Position numbers and translations under genes: made by a program
Shown: one piece after another, positions 1 through 15,075 of the stretch
How positions within the stretch are numbered: the first letter of the stretch is position 1
Layout of the letters: the number at the start of each line of letters is the position of its first letter
NCBI RefSeq assembly: GCF_009914755.1
Contig: NC_060934.1
Length of the DNA stretch: 64,000 bases
Origin: the human T2T-CHM13v2.0 reference genome, Homo sapiens
Direction: 5' to 3' (one strand)
The notes under the pieces: generated by a model
What the model saw: only the letters and a program-made list of their open reading frames with translations
Databases searched by the model: none
Told to the model about the DNA's origin: nothing

Positions 1-574
1 GGGGCTTCACCAGATACCCACCACTTTCTGCCCAGAAGCCTGTCTGCCTCCTGCCACCATTAATCATGTCCACAACTCCCAGGCTGTTAGTGCCAAGAGG
101 TGCCTGCAGGCCTGTGCTGAGCCACCCTCAGCCCCTCCCTCAGGCTCCCTCCTGTGTTTGTTGGCACCCAAAGTCCAGAGGGGGCCAAGGCAGCAGGGGA
201 CTGGTGTGTCAGCACTGCCCCAAGCACATGCCAACCCAGCCAGGTTGCAACAGTACCCAGGCTTGGCCTCAACTTTGCTCCAAAATTGGTGCAGGCACCA
301 GAAGCATGGCAAGGCCAGACAGCAGGAGTAGGCACTTCCGAGCCTGCTGGGGCAGAGGAGCTTCCCTGGCATTTGAGAGTGCAGAGATCCCTGGGTCCGC
401 AGCCATCACTGGGCAGCTTCAGCTTTGTCTGGAAAGATGGGGCTCCCACTGTGCCAACTCAAAATGGAGTGGGGCTCCTGCCAGCTCCATGGAGTGTGCA
501 GCCCTGGCTGTGCCTCCCAAACTGCAGCTGGCATCTTCACAGCAGCCACTCCATATGGGCTGCCACTGCCATCA
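1..574 (-). mobile_element. MER52-like ERV1 LTR (truncated by window start)
   Basis: Reverse complement begins TGATGGCAGTGGCAGCCCATATGGAGTGGCTGCTG, the MER52-type 5' end; GC-rich body. Confidence 0.75.
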
Positions 575-3500
575 ATAGCATAAGGGAAGTCTAATAATGG
601 AGTGTCCCAAAAGATGACATAGTACAGTATTGTGAGTAGCAGCAGAAGATAGTGGTATACAGTAAGCACTCAGCAAATGCTGTTGAAAGTTGAATCGGGG
701 TATTTTGATTACCCATGCCCCCAATCAGGCAGAAAATAGCTATAAAACCTCTTCATTACACACACACAAAAACTTCCTCTCCTGATCCCTAATAAGGAAA
801 GCTTTACGCTCCCAAACCTAAGAATCACTGCTCTGGATAAAAATCCTGAAAATTCATGTATTTTAAACCATACTTCAAAATGAACTCTGCTACACTACCT
901 GGAGAGTGAATCATGCAGAGACTGTGTCTACGATTGGTCCTTCCATGATAAAAATTTAATTTTGAACTTTTCTTTATGGCATGGGAGAGGCCACTGCTCA
1001 GACTCTATCTAATCCCCTGGCTCCTAGACTATAATATTAGGAAGCTGAGATAGCTAAGGAAGACGGCAGATTGGATACTGGGTTAATACACAGTTCCCAC
1101 TGGCATGGACAGAACAGCATGTGGAGATTCACACTGTGAACTTTTGCTCCAAGAACCACCATGGGAACGTACTAGGAAAACTGAAAGAATTCACTGATCC
1201 TTTGAAAGAAGTGGCATGCCACTGCAAATTCTCCATCACAGGCAAAAAACTGTGAGTTCCCAAAGCGTGAGAGGGGAAAAACATGCCTCTGAACACACAT
1301 CCCCAATGGGGAATCTGAAAATCCAGATCACAGGAGAAAGATTTAACCTTACCTATAGTTGAAATGGATTTAGGGAACCATGCAAAATACAGAAGTAGAA
1401 CCAACAGTGGGAAGAGCCTTGTAGGCACTCCTAGTCTTTAGCTCGAGCCCAAGGAAGTCATCCCTAACTTATCTCTCAAGGGTCCCTAGAGAAGGCAGCA
1501 AGTAGAATTAGGGAGGGGCTACAGGGTGAAAGAAGCTTCCAACTGAAATCTGTAATAATTTTGACTGGGAGTGAATTTTCATGAGCAGAATCCAGGAGGC
1601 GAATGGGGACTGCTGCAGATAACGAGCACAGGAGCTGGTGATGACAGTGTGAGCAGATGGGAGGGGCAGGGCCTGAAATCTGTGCTTGCTTTCTCAGCAG
1701 GGAAGCTTACGACCTGGTGCAAGGTCTGAGTGAGGCACTGCAGGAACAAGACCAGCCTTACCAACTGTGTGGGAGCTGAGTGAGGCCTTTTGCTACCAGC
1801 TATGCCCCCACTTCCCTGGTGAACTATGTGACACAGCAGAGGCAGCCATAATCCCCTCTGGAATATAACCCCATTGGCCTGAGAACCACAACCAATCCCC
1901 CACAGTGGCCGCAGCAAGCCTTGCCCAAGTCTGAGCCCAGACTCACCTAACCCTGCCCCAACCTGATGGTATTTCACTACCTGCCCTAGTAGCTGAACAG
2001 AAAAGACAGAAGCTCATCCAAGCTTTATGGCCCCACCCATCGCCTGGGAAACCAGAATAGTTACCCTGGCCAATGTATGGCAAGCGTAGATCTCCTTACT
2101 ACTGTTGCAGCTGGTGCTCTCTTGAAAGTGCCACCTTCTGGCTGGAGGTCAACCAACTCAGGCCATTACAACAACTCATGACAGAATAACCCTGCTCCCC
2201 CAAGAATAAGGAAACAACAGGTAATTCTACTGCCTGCAACATCCTGGCTAACCAGAGGTTCTGAGTCTCTACACATGACAACTTTACTGCTAGCATAATC
2301 CATCATTCAAGAAAGCCAGCACACTAAACATAGCTACAACTAAGGACCCTGACACAGTCTAGTTTACTCCCCTGCCACCTCCACCACAGCAGACACTAGT
2401 ATCCATGGCTGAGACCTGAAGATGGATCACATCATAGGACTCTTTGCAGACATTCCCCAGAACCAGCTTGGAGCCTGGGAGCCCCACTTGATAGCGAGAC
2501 CCAGAAGGGCAATAATGATCATTGCAGTCTGGCTCCCAGAAAGCCCCATCCCTAGGGGAAGGGGAAGAGCACCACATGAAGGGATCACACCATGGGACAA
2601 AAGAAACTGAACAGCAGCTCTTGAGTCCCAGATCTTCCCTCTGACATAGTCTACCCAAATGAGAAGGAACCAGAAAAACAATTCTGGTAATATGATAAAA
2701 CAGGGCTCTATAATACCCTGAAAAGATCACACTAGCTCCCCAGCAATGGATCCAAACCAAGAAGAATTCTGAATTGCCTGATAAGCAATTCAGGGGATTG
2801 ATTATTAAGCTACTCAAGGAGATACCAGAGAAATGAGAGAACTAACTTAAAGAAATGAAAAGAACAATATGGAATATGGATTAAAAATGCTTCAGAGAAA
2901 TAGATATCATAAAGAAAAACAATCACAACTTCTGGAAATGAAAGACACACTTAGAGAAATACAAAATGCACTGGAAAGTTTCAACAATCAACTAGAACAA
3001 GTAGAAGAAAGAACTTCAGAGCTCAAAGAGGCTTTCGAATTAACCCAATCGGACAAAGACTAAGAAAAAAGAATTTGAGAAAAATGAACAAAGCTTCCAA
3101 GAAATTTGAAATTATGTCAAACAGACAAACCTAAGAATAACTGGTGTTCCTAAGGAAGAAGAGAAATCTAAAAGTTTGGAAAACTTATTTGAGGGACTAA
3201 TTGGAGAAAACTTCCCTGGCCTTGCTAGAGATCTAGACAACTAAATACTAGAAGCTCAAAGAACATCTGAGGAATTCATTGCAAAAAGATCATCACCTAG
3301 GCACATAGTCATCAAGTTATCTATAATCAAGACACAGGAAAGAATCTTAAGACCTGTGAGACAAAAGCATCAGGTAAACTATACAGAAAAACCTATAAGA
3401 TTAACAGAATTCTCAGCAGAAACCCTACAAGCCAGAAGGGATTGGAGTATTATCTTTAGCCTCCTGAAACAAAATAATTGTCAGCCAACAATTTTGTATC

Positions 3501-3843
3501 CAACAAAACTAAGCTTCTTAAATGAAGGACAGATAAAGTCTTTTTCAGACAAATGCTGAGAGAATTCACCACTACCAAGCCAGCACTACAAGAAATGCGA
3601 AAAGGAGTTCTAAATCTTGAAACAAAACCTTAAAATACACCAAAATAGAACTTCCTTAAAGCATAAATCTCATAGGGTCTATAAAACAATAACACAATGG
3701 GGAAAAAAACACAAGGTGTTCAGGCAACAATTAGAATACAGAACAGAACAATACCTCATATCTCAATACTAATGTTGAATGTAAATGGCCTAAATGCTCC
3801 ACTTAAAAGATATAGAATGGCAGAATGGATAAAAATCCACCAA

Positions 3844-4482
3844 ACTGGGAATGTAAGTTAGTTCAACCATAGCGGAAGATGATGTGGCAATTCCTTAAAG
3901 ACCTAGAACCAGAAATACCATTTGACTCAACAATCCCATTACAGGGTATATACCCAAAGGAATATAAATTATTATATTACAAAGATATATGTATGCATAT
4001 GTTCATTCCAGCACTATTCACAATAGCAAAGACATGGAATCAACCAAAATACCCATCAATGATAGACTGAATAAAGAAAATGTGGTACAGAAGATACACC
4101 ATGGAATACGATGCAGCCATAAAAAGGAATGAGATCATGTCCTTTGTAGGGACATGGATGAACCTGGAAGCCATTATCCTCAGCAAACTAACAAAGGAAT
4201 AGAAAACCAAACACCATATGTTCTCACTTATAAGTGGGACCTAAACAGTGAGAACACCTGGAACAGGGAGGGAAACAACACATACTGGGGCCTGCTGGGG
4301 GATGTGGCAAGGGGAAGAAGAGCATTAGGAAAAATAGCTAATGCATGCTGGGCTTAATACCTAGGTGATGGGTTGATAGGCGCAGCAAACCACCATAGCA
4401 CATGTTTACCTATGTAACAAATATTCATATCCTGCACGTGTATCCCAGAACTTAAAATAAAATTTAATTTCATTTTTTAAAA
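3844..4482 (+). mobile_element. 5'-truncated L1PA (about L1PA12-14) 3' end nested in the L1PB ORF2
   Basis: ORF2 C-terminus and 3'UTR; 13-bp TSD aaaaatccaccaa at 3831-3843 and 4483-4495. Confidence 0.85.
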
Positions 4483-6102
4483 AAAAATCCACCAACCAAG
4501 TATCTGCTGTCTTCAAGAGACTCACCTAACACATAACAACTCACATCAACTTAAGGTAAAAGAGTGAAAAAAAGATATCCCATGCAAACGGACACCAAAA
4601 GTGAACAGGAGTAGCTACTCTTATATCGGAAAAAACAGACTTAAAAGCAACAACAGTTTAAAAAGACAAAGAGGGACATTACACAAAGCTAAAAGGATCA
4701 GTCCAACAGGAAAATATCACAATCTTAAATATATATGAACCTAACACTGGAGGTCCCAAATTTATAAAACAATGAAATGAGATACACAGCAACACAATAA
4801 TGGTGGGGGACTTCAATATTTCACTGACAGCACTAGACAGGTCATCAAGACAGAAAGACAACAAAGAAACAAGGGACTTAAACTATAACCTAGAACAAAT
4901 GGACTTAGCAGATATTTACAGAACATTCTACTCAACATCTGTAGAATATACATTCTTTTCATCAGCACATAGAATATGCACCAAGATAGACCATATATGT
5001 CACAAAACAAGTCTCAATACATTTTTTAAAAATTGAAATTATATCAAGTATCCTCTCAGAACACAGTGAATAAAACTAGAAATTAACTCCAAAAGAAACC
5101 CTCAGAACTATACAAATACATGGAAATTAAATAATCTGCTCTTGAATGATCTTTGGGTCAACAATGAAATCAAGACGGAAATTTTTTTAATTCTTTGAAC
5201 TGAATCATAACCGTGATTCAACTTCTCAAAACCTCCGGGATACAGCTAAAGCAATGCTAAGAGGAAAGTTCATAGCATCAAATGCCTACATGAAAAAGTC
5301 TGAAAGAGTACAAATAAACAATCTAAGATCATACTTCAAGGAACTAGAGAAACAAGAACAAACCAAACCCAAACCAAGCAGAAGAAAAGAAATCAAGATC
5401 AGAGAAGAATTACATGAAATTGAAACCAAAAAAAAAAAAAAGATAAAAGAAACAAAAAGCTGGTTCTTTGAAGAGATAAACAAAATTGATACATCATTAG
5501 TGAGATTAACCAAGAAAAGAAGAGAGAAGATCCTAATAAGCTCAATTAGAAATGGGATGGGAGATATTACAGCCAATACCACAGAAATGCAAAAGATAAT
5601 TCAAGGCTACCAGGAACACCTTTACGTGCACAAACTAGAAAATTTACAGGACATGGATAAATTCCTGGAAGTCTACAACCCTCCTAGATTAAATCAGAAA
5701 GAAACAGAAACTCTAAACAGACCAATAACAAGTAGTGAGATTGAAATGGTAATTTAAAAATTGCCAACAAAAAAAAAAGTCCAGGAGAAGATGGATTCTC
5801 AGCTGAATTCTATTGAACATTGAAATAATTGGTAGCAATCCTACTGACACTATTCCACAAGATAAAGAAAGAGGTTCCCTTCCTTAATCATTCTATGAAG
5901 CCAGTATCACCTTGATACCAAAACCAAGAAAGGACATAACAAAAACAAAAAACTGCAGACCAATATCCCTGATGAACATAGATCCAAAAATCCTCAAAAA
6001 AAATACTAGCTAACCAAATACAACAGCATATCAAAAATATAATACACTATGATCGAGTGGGTTTCACACCAGAGATGCAGAGATGGTTTAACATACACAA
6101 GT

Positions 6103-6658
6103 TGTTGTACCTGAGCAAGTTAGAAAAAGGCCACACTTTGAGATGAATTAAGAGTCCTTTATTAGCCAGCAACCAAGAGACGGCTAACGCTCAAAATTCT
6201 CTTGGCCCCAAGGAAGGGGCTTGATTAACTTTTATACCTTGGTTTAGGAAGGGGAGGGGGGCGTCTAGTTAAAACAATTTTACAGAAGTAAAGTAGTCAA
6301 AAAGTTAAAAGGATAAATGGTTACAGGAAAGTAAACAGTTCCAGGTGCAGGGGCCTTAAGACTATTACAAGGTGACAGACCCGGGGCTTTGGGAGTTATC
6401 AATCGGACAAATTCCTGGAAACTGTGGATATAGCTTGCCACAGTATCTTATCAGCTAATTGCATTCTTGGATGTGCTGGGAGTCAGCTTGCACAAGTTAA
6501 GTCCTTGAGGAAGGGGCTGCCAGTGAAAGAGCCAAGATGGAGTCTGTCTGGCTCTCTTAGCTAAGGGAGAGTCAATTCAGGTGGAAACAAGGCTAGGTGA
6601 TTAAAGGAAAAGGGAGAGTCTAAAAACAGAGTTAGTAAAAACCAGGTTGGGCATTACA
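6103..6658 (-). mobile_element. Solo LTR6 (LTR6B-like, HERVS71 family) LTR
   Basis: 556 bp with TG...CA ends (minus strand TGTAATGCCCAACC...GGTACAACA); TATAAAA and AATAAA on the minus strand; 4-bp TSD aagt at 6099-6102 and 6659-6662; L1 ORF2 resumes exactly on either side. Confidence 0.85.
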
Positions 6659-7448
6659 AAGTCAATAAATGTGATGCATCACATAAACAGAATTAAAAAC
6701 AAAAATCATATGATCATCTCAATAGATACAGAAAAAGCAGTTGAGGAAATCCAGCATCCCTTTATGATTAAAACACCCTCAGCAAAATCAACATAGAAGG
6801 CACATACCTCAATGTAATAAAAGCCATCTATGACAAACTCACAGTGAACATCATACTGAACAGGGAAAACACAACCACTATGGAAAACAGTATGAAGATT
6901 CCTTAAAGAACTAAAAGCAGAACTACCATTTGATCCAGCAATCCCACTATTGGGTATCTACCCAGAGGAAAGGAAGTCATTATTTGAAAAACACACTTGC
7001 ACATGCATTTTATAGCAGCACAATTTGCAATTGCAAAAATACAGAACTAGACTAAACGCTCAACAACCAACAAGTAGATAAAGAAAATGTGATATATATT
7101 TATATATGTGTATATATATATATGTATATACACATATACAGAAACAAACACACATGCACACCATGGAATACTACTCAGCCATAAAAAGGAAAGAAATAAG
7201 ACCATTTGCAGCAACTTGGATGGAACTGGAGACCATTATTGTAAGTGAAGTAACTCAGGGATTGGAAAACCAAACATTGTATGTTCTCACTCATAAGTTG
7301 GAACTAAGTTATGAGGATGCAAAGGCATAAGAATGATACAATGGACTTTGGAGACTCAGAGTTGGAGAGGGATAAAAGATGACACACTGATTACAGTGTA
7401 CACTGCTTGGGTGATGAGTGCACCAAAATCTCAGAAATCACAACTAAA

Positions 7449-7858
<410 letters not shown>

Positions 7859-8015
7859 GAAATTACCAGTAAAGAATTTATGCATGTAACCAAAAACCAC
7901 CTGTTCCCGAAAAACTATTGAAGTAAAATTAATAAAATGTAAAAAATGAACTCTTTGATATTGATTCAAGAAGCCTGAAATCCAGAATCACAAGAATCAT
8001 TTAAAAGAGGCTGAA

Positions 8016-11000
8016 TGGGGGATTGCTGGCAAGATGGCCGAATAGGAGAAGCTCCGGTCTGCATCTCCCAGCGAGATCGATGCAGAAGGCAGGTGATTTC
8101 TGCATTTCCAACTGAGGTACCTGGTTCATCGCATTGGGTCTGGTTGGATAGTAGGTGCAGCCCATGGAGAGCAAGACGAAGGAGGGTGGGGTGTCGCCTC
8201 ACCCAGGAAGCACAAGGGGTCAGAGAATTTTCTCCCCCACCCAAGGGAAGCTGTGAGGGACTGAGCCTGAGGAACTCAGGCACAGACACTGCATTTGTCC
8301 CACGGTTTTCAACACCCGCAAACCAGGAGATTCCCTCCGGTCCCTACCCCACCAGTGCCCTAAGTTTCAAGCACAAAACTGGGTGGCCATTTGGGCAGAT
8401 AACGAATTAGGTGCAGGAGTTATTTTTTTCCATACCCCAATGGCGCCTGAAACGCCAGCGAGACAGAACTGTTCACTCCCCTGGAAAGGGGTGCTGAAGC
8501 CAGGGAGCCAAGTGGTCTGGCTCAGAGGGTCCCACCCCCACAGAGCCCAGCAAACTAAGATCCACTGGCTTGAAAATCTCACTGCCAGCACACCAGCAGT
8601 CTGAGATTGACCTGGGATGCATGAGCTTGGTGAGGTGAGGGGCGTCTACCATTGTTGAAGCTTGAGTAGGCGGTTTTATGCTCACAATGTAAACAAAGCC
8701 TCTGAAAAGTTCAAACTGGGCGGAGCCCACTGCAGCTCAGCATGGTTGCTGTGGCCAGACTGCCAGATTTCCCTTCTCTGGGCAGGGCATGTCTGAAAAA
8801 AAGGCAGCAGCCCCAGTCAGGGACTTATAGATAAAACCCCCATCTCCCTGGGACAGAGCACCTGGGGAAAGGGGCAGCTGTGGGTGCAGTTTCCGCAAAC
8901 TTACATGTCCCTGCCTGATGGCTCTGAAGAGAGCAGCAGACCTCCCAGCACAGCATTCGAGCTCTGCTAAGGGTCAGACTGCCGCCTCAAGTGGGTCTCT
9001 GACCTCTATGTATCCTGACTGGGAGACACCTCCCAGTAGGGGCTAACGGACACCTCATACAGGAGAGCTCTGGTTGGCATTTGGCAGGTTCCCCTCTGGG
9101 AAGAAGCTTCCAGAGGAAAGATCAGACAGCAATCTTTGCTGTTCTGCAGCCTCTGCTGGTGATACCCAGGCAAACACAGTCAGGAGTGGGCCTCCAGCAA
9201 ACTCCAGCAGACCAGCAGCAGAGGGGCCTGACTGTCAGAAAGAACACTAACAAATAGAAAAAAATAGCACATCCACTCAAAGACCCCATCCAAAGGTCAC
9301 CAACATCAAAGACCAAAGGTAGATAAATCCACAAAGATGGGGAGAAACCAGTGCAAAAAGGCTGAAAATTCCAAAAACCAGAATGCTGCTTCTCCTCCAA
9401 AGGATCACAACTCCTCTCCAGCAAGGGAACAAAACTAGATGGAGAATGAGTTTGACAGATCGACAGAAGTAGGCTTCAGAAGGTGGGTAACAGCAAACTC
9501 CTCTGAGCTAAAGGAGCATGTTCTAACCCCATGTAAGGAAGCTAAGAACCTTGAAAAAAGGTTAGACGAATTGCTAACTAGAATAATCAGCTGAGAAAAG
9601 AACATAAATGACCTGATGGAGCTGAAAAACACAGCACAAGAACTTCGTGAAGCATACACAAGTTTCAATAGCTGAATCGATCAAGCGAAAGAAAGGGTAT
9701 CAGTAATTGAAGATCAACTTAATGAAATAGAGAAGACAAGATTAGAGAAAAAAGAATAAAAAGGAACAGAAAAAGCCTCCAAGAAATATGGGACTATGTG
9801 AAAAAGACCAAATCTACATCTAATTGGTGTACCTGAAAGCGATGAGGAGAATGGAGCCAAGTTGGAAAACACTCTTCGGGATATTATCCAGGAGAACCTC
9901 CCCAACCTAGCAAGACAGCACAACATTCAAAATCAGGAAATGCAGAGAACACTACAAAGATGCTCCTTGAGAAGAGCAACCCCAAGACACATTATCATCA
10001 GATTCACCAAGGTTGAAATGCAGGAAAAAATGTTAAGCACAGCCAGAGAGAAAGTTCGGGTTACCCACAAAGGGAAGCCCATCAGACTAACAGTGGATCT
10101 CTCTGCAGAAACCCTACAAGCCAGAAAAGAATGGGGCCAATATTCAACATTCTTAAAGAAAAGAATTTTCAACCCAGAATTTCATAACCAACCAAACTAA
10201 GTTTCATAAGTGAAGGAGAAATAAAATCCATTACAGACAAGTAAATGATGAGAGATTTTGTCACCACCAGGCTTGCCTTACAAGAGCTCCTGAAGGAAAC
10301 ACTAAATCTGGAAAGGAACAACTGGTATCAGCCACTGCAAAAACATACCAAATTGTAAGAGCATCAACACTATGAAGAAACTGCATCAACTAATGGGCAA
10401 AACAACCAGCTAGCATCATGACAGGATCAAATTCACACATAACAATATTAACCTTAAATGTAAACAGACTAAATGCCCCAATTAAAAGACACAGACTGGC
10501 AAATTGGATAAAGAGTCAAGATCCATCAGTGTGCTGTATTCAGGAGACCCAGCCCACCTGCAAAGACACACATAGTCTCAAAATAAACGGATGGAGGAAT
10601 ATTTACCAAGCAAATGGAAAGCAAAAAAAAACAGGAGTTGCGATCTTAATCTCTGATGAAACAGACTTTAAACCAACAAAGATCAAAAGAGACAAGGAAG
10701 AGCATTATGTAATGGTAAATGGATCAATGCAGCAAGAAGAGTTAACTATCCTAAATATATATGCACCCAATACAAGAACACTCAGATTCATAAAGCAAGT
10801 TCTTAGAGACCTACAAAGAGATGTAGACTCCCACACAATAACAGTCGGGAGACTTTAACACCCCACTGTCAATATTAGACAGATCAATGAGACAGAAAAT
10901 TAACAAAGATATTCAGGACTTGAATTCAGCTCTGGGCCAAGAAGACCTAATAGACATCTCCAGTACTCTCCACCCCAAATCAACAGAATATACATCATTC

Positions 11001-14000
11001 TCAGCACCACATCACACTTATTCTAAAATTGACCACATAATTGGAAGTAAAACACTCCTCAGCAGATGCAAAAGAACAGAAATCATAACAAACAGTCTCT
11101 CAGACCACAGTGCAATCAAACTAGAACTCAGGATTAAGAAACTCACTCACAACTACATGGAAACTAAACAACCTGCTCCTGAATGACTACTGGGTAAATA
11201 ACTAAATGAAGGCAGAAGTAAAGACATTCTTTGAAACCAATGAGAACGAAGACACAACATACCAGAATCTCTGGGACACATTTAAAGCAGTGTGTACAGA
11301 GAAATTTATAACACTAAATGCCCACAAGAGAAAGCAGGAAAGATAAAAAATTAAAACAATTTAAATTCTTTTAATTTAATATTTAATTCTTTTAATTTTA
11401 ACATCAAAATTAAAAGAATTAGAGAAGCAACAGCAAACAAATGCAAAATTTAAGGGAAGACAAGTAATAACCAAGACCAGAGCAGAACTGAGGGAGATAG
11501 AGACATGAAAAACCCTTCAAAAAATCAATGAATCCAGGAGCTGTTTTTTGAAAACATCAACAAAATACATAGACCACTAGCCAGGCTAATACAGAAAAAA
11601 AGAGAGAAGAATCAAATAGGCACAATAAAAAATGATATAGGTGATATCACCACCAATCCCACAGAAATACGAACTACCATCAGAGAATATTATAAACACC
11701 TCTACGCAAATAAACTGGAAAATCTAGAAGAAATGGATAAATTCCTAGACACATACACCCTCCCAAGTCTAAACCAGGAAGAAGTCGAATCTCTGAAAAA
11801 ACCAATAATAAGTTCGGAAATTGAAGCAGTAATTAATAGCCTACCAACCAAAAAAACGTTGAGGACCAGACAGATTCACAGCCGAATTCTACCAGAGGTA
11901 CAAAGAGGAACAGGTACCATTCCTTCTGAAACTACTCCAAACAACAGAAAAAGAGGGAATCCTCCCTAACTCATTTTATGAGCCCAGCATCATCCTGATA
12001 CCAAAGCCTGGCAGAGACACAACAAAAAAAGAAAATTTCAGGCCAATATCCCTGATGAACATCGATGCGAAAATCCTCAATAAAATACTGGCAAACCGAA
12101 TCCAGCAGCACATCCAAAAGCTTATCCACCACGATCAAGTCGGCTTCATCCCTGGGATGCAAGGCTGGTTCAACATACGCAAATCAATAAACGTAATCCA
12201 CCACATGAACAGAACCAATCACAAAAACCACATGATTATCTCAATAGATGCAGAAAAGGCCTTTGACAAAATTCAACACCCCTTCATGCTAAAATCTCTC
12301 AATAAACTGGGTATTGATGGAACATATCTCAAAATAATAAGAGCTACTTATGACAAATCCACAACCAATATCATACTGAATGGGCAAAAACTAGAAGTAT
12401 TCCCTTTGAAAACCAGCGAAAGACAAGGATGCCCTCTCTAACCACTCCTACTCAACATACTATTGGAAGTTCTGGCTAGGACAATCAGGCAAAAGAAAGA
12501 AATAAAGCGTATTCAAATAGGAAGAGAGGAAGTCAAATTGTCTCTGTTTGCAGATGACATGATTGTATATTTAGAAAACCCCATCTTCTCAGCCCAAAAT
12601 CTCCTTAAGCTGATAAGCAACTTCAGTAAGGTCTCAGGATACAAAATCAATGTGCAAAAATCACAAGCATTCCTATACACCAATAATAGACAAACAGAGA
12701 GCCAAATCATGAATGAACTCCCATTCACAATTGCTACTAAGAGAATAAAATACCTAGGAGTCCAACTTACAAGGGATGTGAAGTACCTCTTCAAGGAGAA
12801 CTACAAACCACTGCTCAGTGAAATAAAAGACGACACAAACAAATGGAAAAACATTCCATGCTTATGGATAGGAAGAATCAATATCGTGAAAATGGCCATA
12901 CTGCCCAAAGTAATTTATAGATTCAATGCTATATCCCCATCAAGCTACCACTGACTTTCTTCACAGAATTGGAAAAAACTACTTTAAACTGCATATGAAA
13001 CCAAAAAAGAGCCCACAGGGCTAAGACAATCCTGAGCAACAAGAACAAAGCTGGAGGCATCATGCTACCTGACTTCAAATTATACTACAAGGCTACAGTA
13101 ACCAAAACAGCATGGTACTGGTACCAAAACAGATATATAGACCAATGGAACAGAACAGAGGCCTCAGAAATAACACCACACATCTACAACCATCTGATCT
13201 TTAACAAACCTGACACAAACAAGCAATGGGGAAAAGATTCCCTATTTAATAAATGTTGGGAAAACTGGCTAGCCATATGCATAAAACTGAAACTGGACCC
13301 CTTACTTACACCTTATACAAAAATCAACTCAAGATGGAACAAATACTTAAATGTAAGACCTGGGACCTTAAAAATCCTAGAAGAAAACCTGGGCAATACC
13401 ATTCAGGACGTAGGCATGGGCAAAGACTTCATGTCTAAAACACGAAAAGCACTGGCAACAAAAACCAAAATTGACAAATGGGATCCAATTAAACTCAAGA
13501 GCTTCTGCACAGCAAAAGAAACTATTATCAAAGTGAACAGGCAACCTACAGAACGGGAGAAAATTTTTGCAATCTATCCATCTGACAAAGGGCTAACATC
13601 CAGAATCTACAAAGAACTTAAACAAATTTACAAGAAAAAACAAACAACCCCATCAAAAAGTAGGCAAAGAATATGAACAGACACTTCTCAAAAGAAGACA
13701 TTTATGCAGCTAACAGACATATGAAAAAATGCTCATCATCACTGGTCATTGGAGAAATGCAAATCAAAACCACAATGGGATACCATCTCACGCCAGTTAG
13801 AATGGTGATCATTGAAAAGTCAGGAAACAAGAAATGCTGGAGAGAATATGGAGAAATAGGAATGCTTTTACACTGTTGGTGGGAGTGTAAATTAGTTCAA
13901 CCATTGTGGAAGACAGTGTGGCAATTCCTCAAGGATCTAGAACCAGAAACACCATTTGACCCAGCAATCCCATTACTGGGTATATACCCAAAGGATTATA

Positions 14001-14482
14001 AATCATTCTACTATAAAGACACATGCACACACATGTTTATTGTGGCACTATTTACAATAGGAAAGACTTGGAACCAACCCAATTGTCCATCCATAATAGA
14101 CTGTATAAAGAAAATGTGGCACATATACACCATGGAATACTATGCAGCCATAAAAAAAGGATGAGTTCATGTCCTTTGCAGGGACATGGATGAAGCTGGA
14201 AACCATCATTCTCAGAAAACTATCACAAGAACAGAAAACCAAACACCGCATGTTCTCACTCATAAGTGGGAGTTGAACAATGACAACACATGGACATAGG
14301 GATGGGAACATCACACACCAGGGCCTTTTGGGCGATGGGGGGCTAGGGGAGGGATAACATTAGGAGAAATACCTAATGTAGGTGACAGGTTGATGGGTGG
14401 AGCAAGCCGCCATGGCATGTGTATATCTATGTAACAAAACTGCATGTTCTGCACATGTACCCCAGAAATTAATCATTTTTTT
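8016..14482 (+). mobile_element. Full-length L1PA7/8-like LINE-1, inactive
   Basis: 5'UTR with caagatggccgaatagg (YY1 site); broken ORF1; ORF2 fragments ([21 protein letters not shown]); 3'UTR; TSD aaaagaggct(g/a)aa at 8003-8015 and 14483-14495. Confidence 0.92.
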
Positions 14483-14497
14483 AAAAGAGGCTAAAGG

Positions 14498-15075
14498 TAT
14501 GCAATCCAACAATCTCACTACTGGGTATCTACCTAAAGGAAAAGAAGCCACTATATCAAAAAGACACCTTCACATATATGTTTATTGCAGCACAATTTAC
14601 AATTGTAAAGATTTGGAACCACCCTAAGGGCCCATCAATCAACAAGTGGATAAAGAAAATGGGACATATATACCATGAAATACTACTCAGCCATAACAAA
14701 GAATAAAATGATGTCTTTTTCAGCAACTTCCAGGGAGCTGGAGTCCATTACTCTAAGTGCAGTAACTCAGGAATGGAAAACCAAATAATGTATATTCTCA
14801 CTTATAAGAGAGAGCTAAGCTATGGGTTTGCAAAGGCATACAGAGTGGTATAATGGACACTGGAGACTCAGAAGCAGAAGGGGGAGAAAGGAGAAAAACA
14901 AAAAACTAGATATTGGGTAGAATGTACACTACTCAAGTGACGGGTGCACTAAAAACTCAGACTTCATCACTATACAATTCATCCATAAAACGAAAAACCA
15001 CTTGTACCCCTAAAGCTGTTGACATTTTAAATAAATAAATAATAAAAATTAATGAATAAACAAAACTAAAACTGA
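14498..15075 (+). mobile_element. L1PB/L1MA-type 3' end fragment
   Basis: ORF2 C-terminal remnant plus L1PB-type 3'UTR and A-rich tail. Confidence 0.75.

Noticed and set aside
64-669. Overlapping 87-170 aa ORFs on both strands
   Set aside because: They fall within a GC-rich MER52-like LTR, where stop codons are scarce; no recognisable protein
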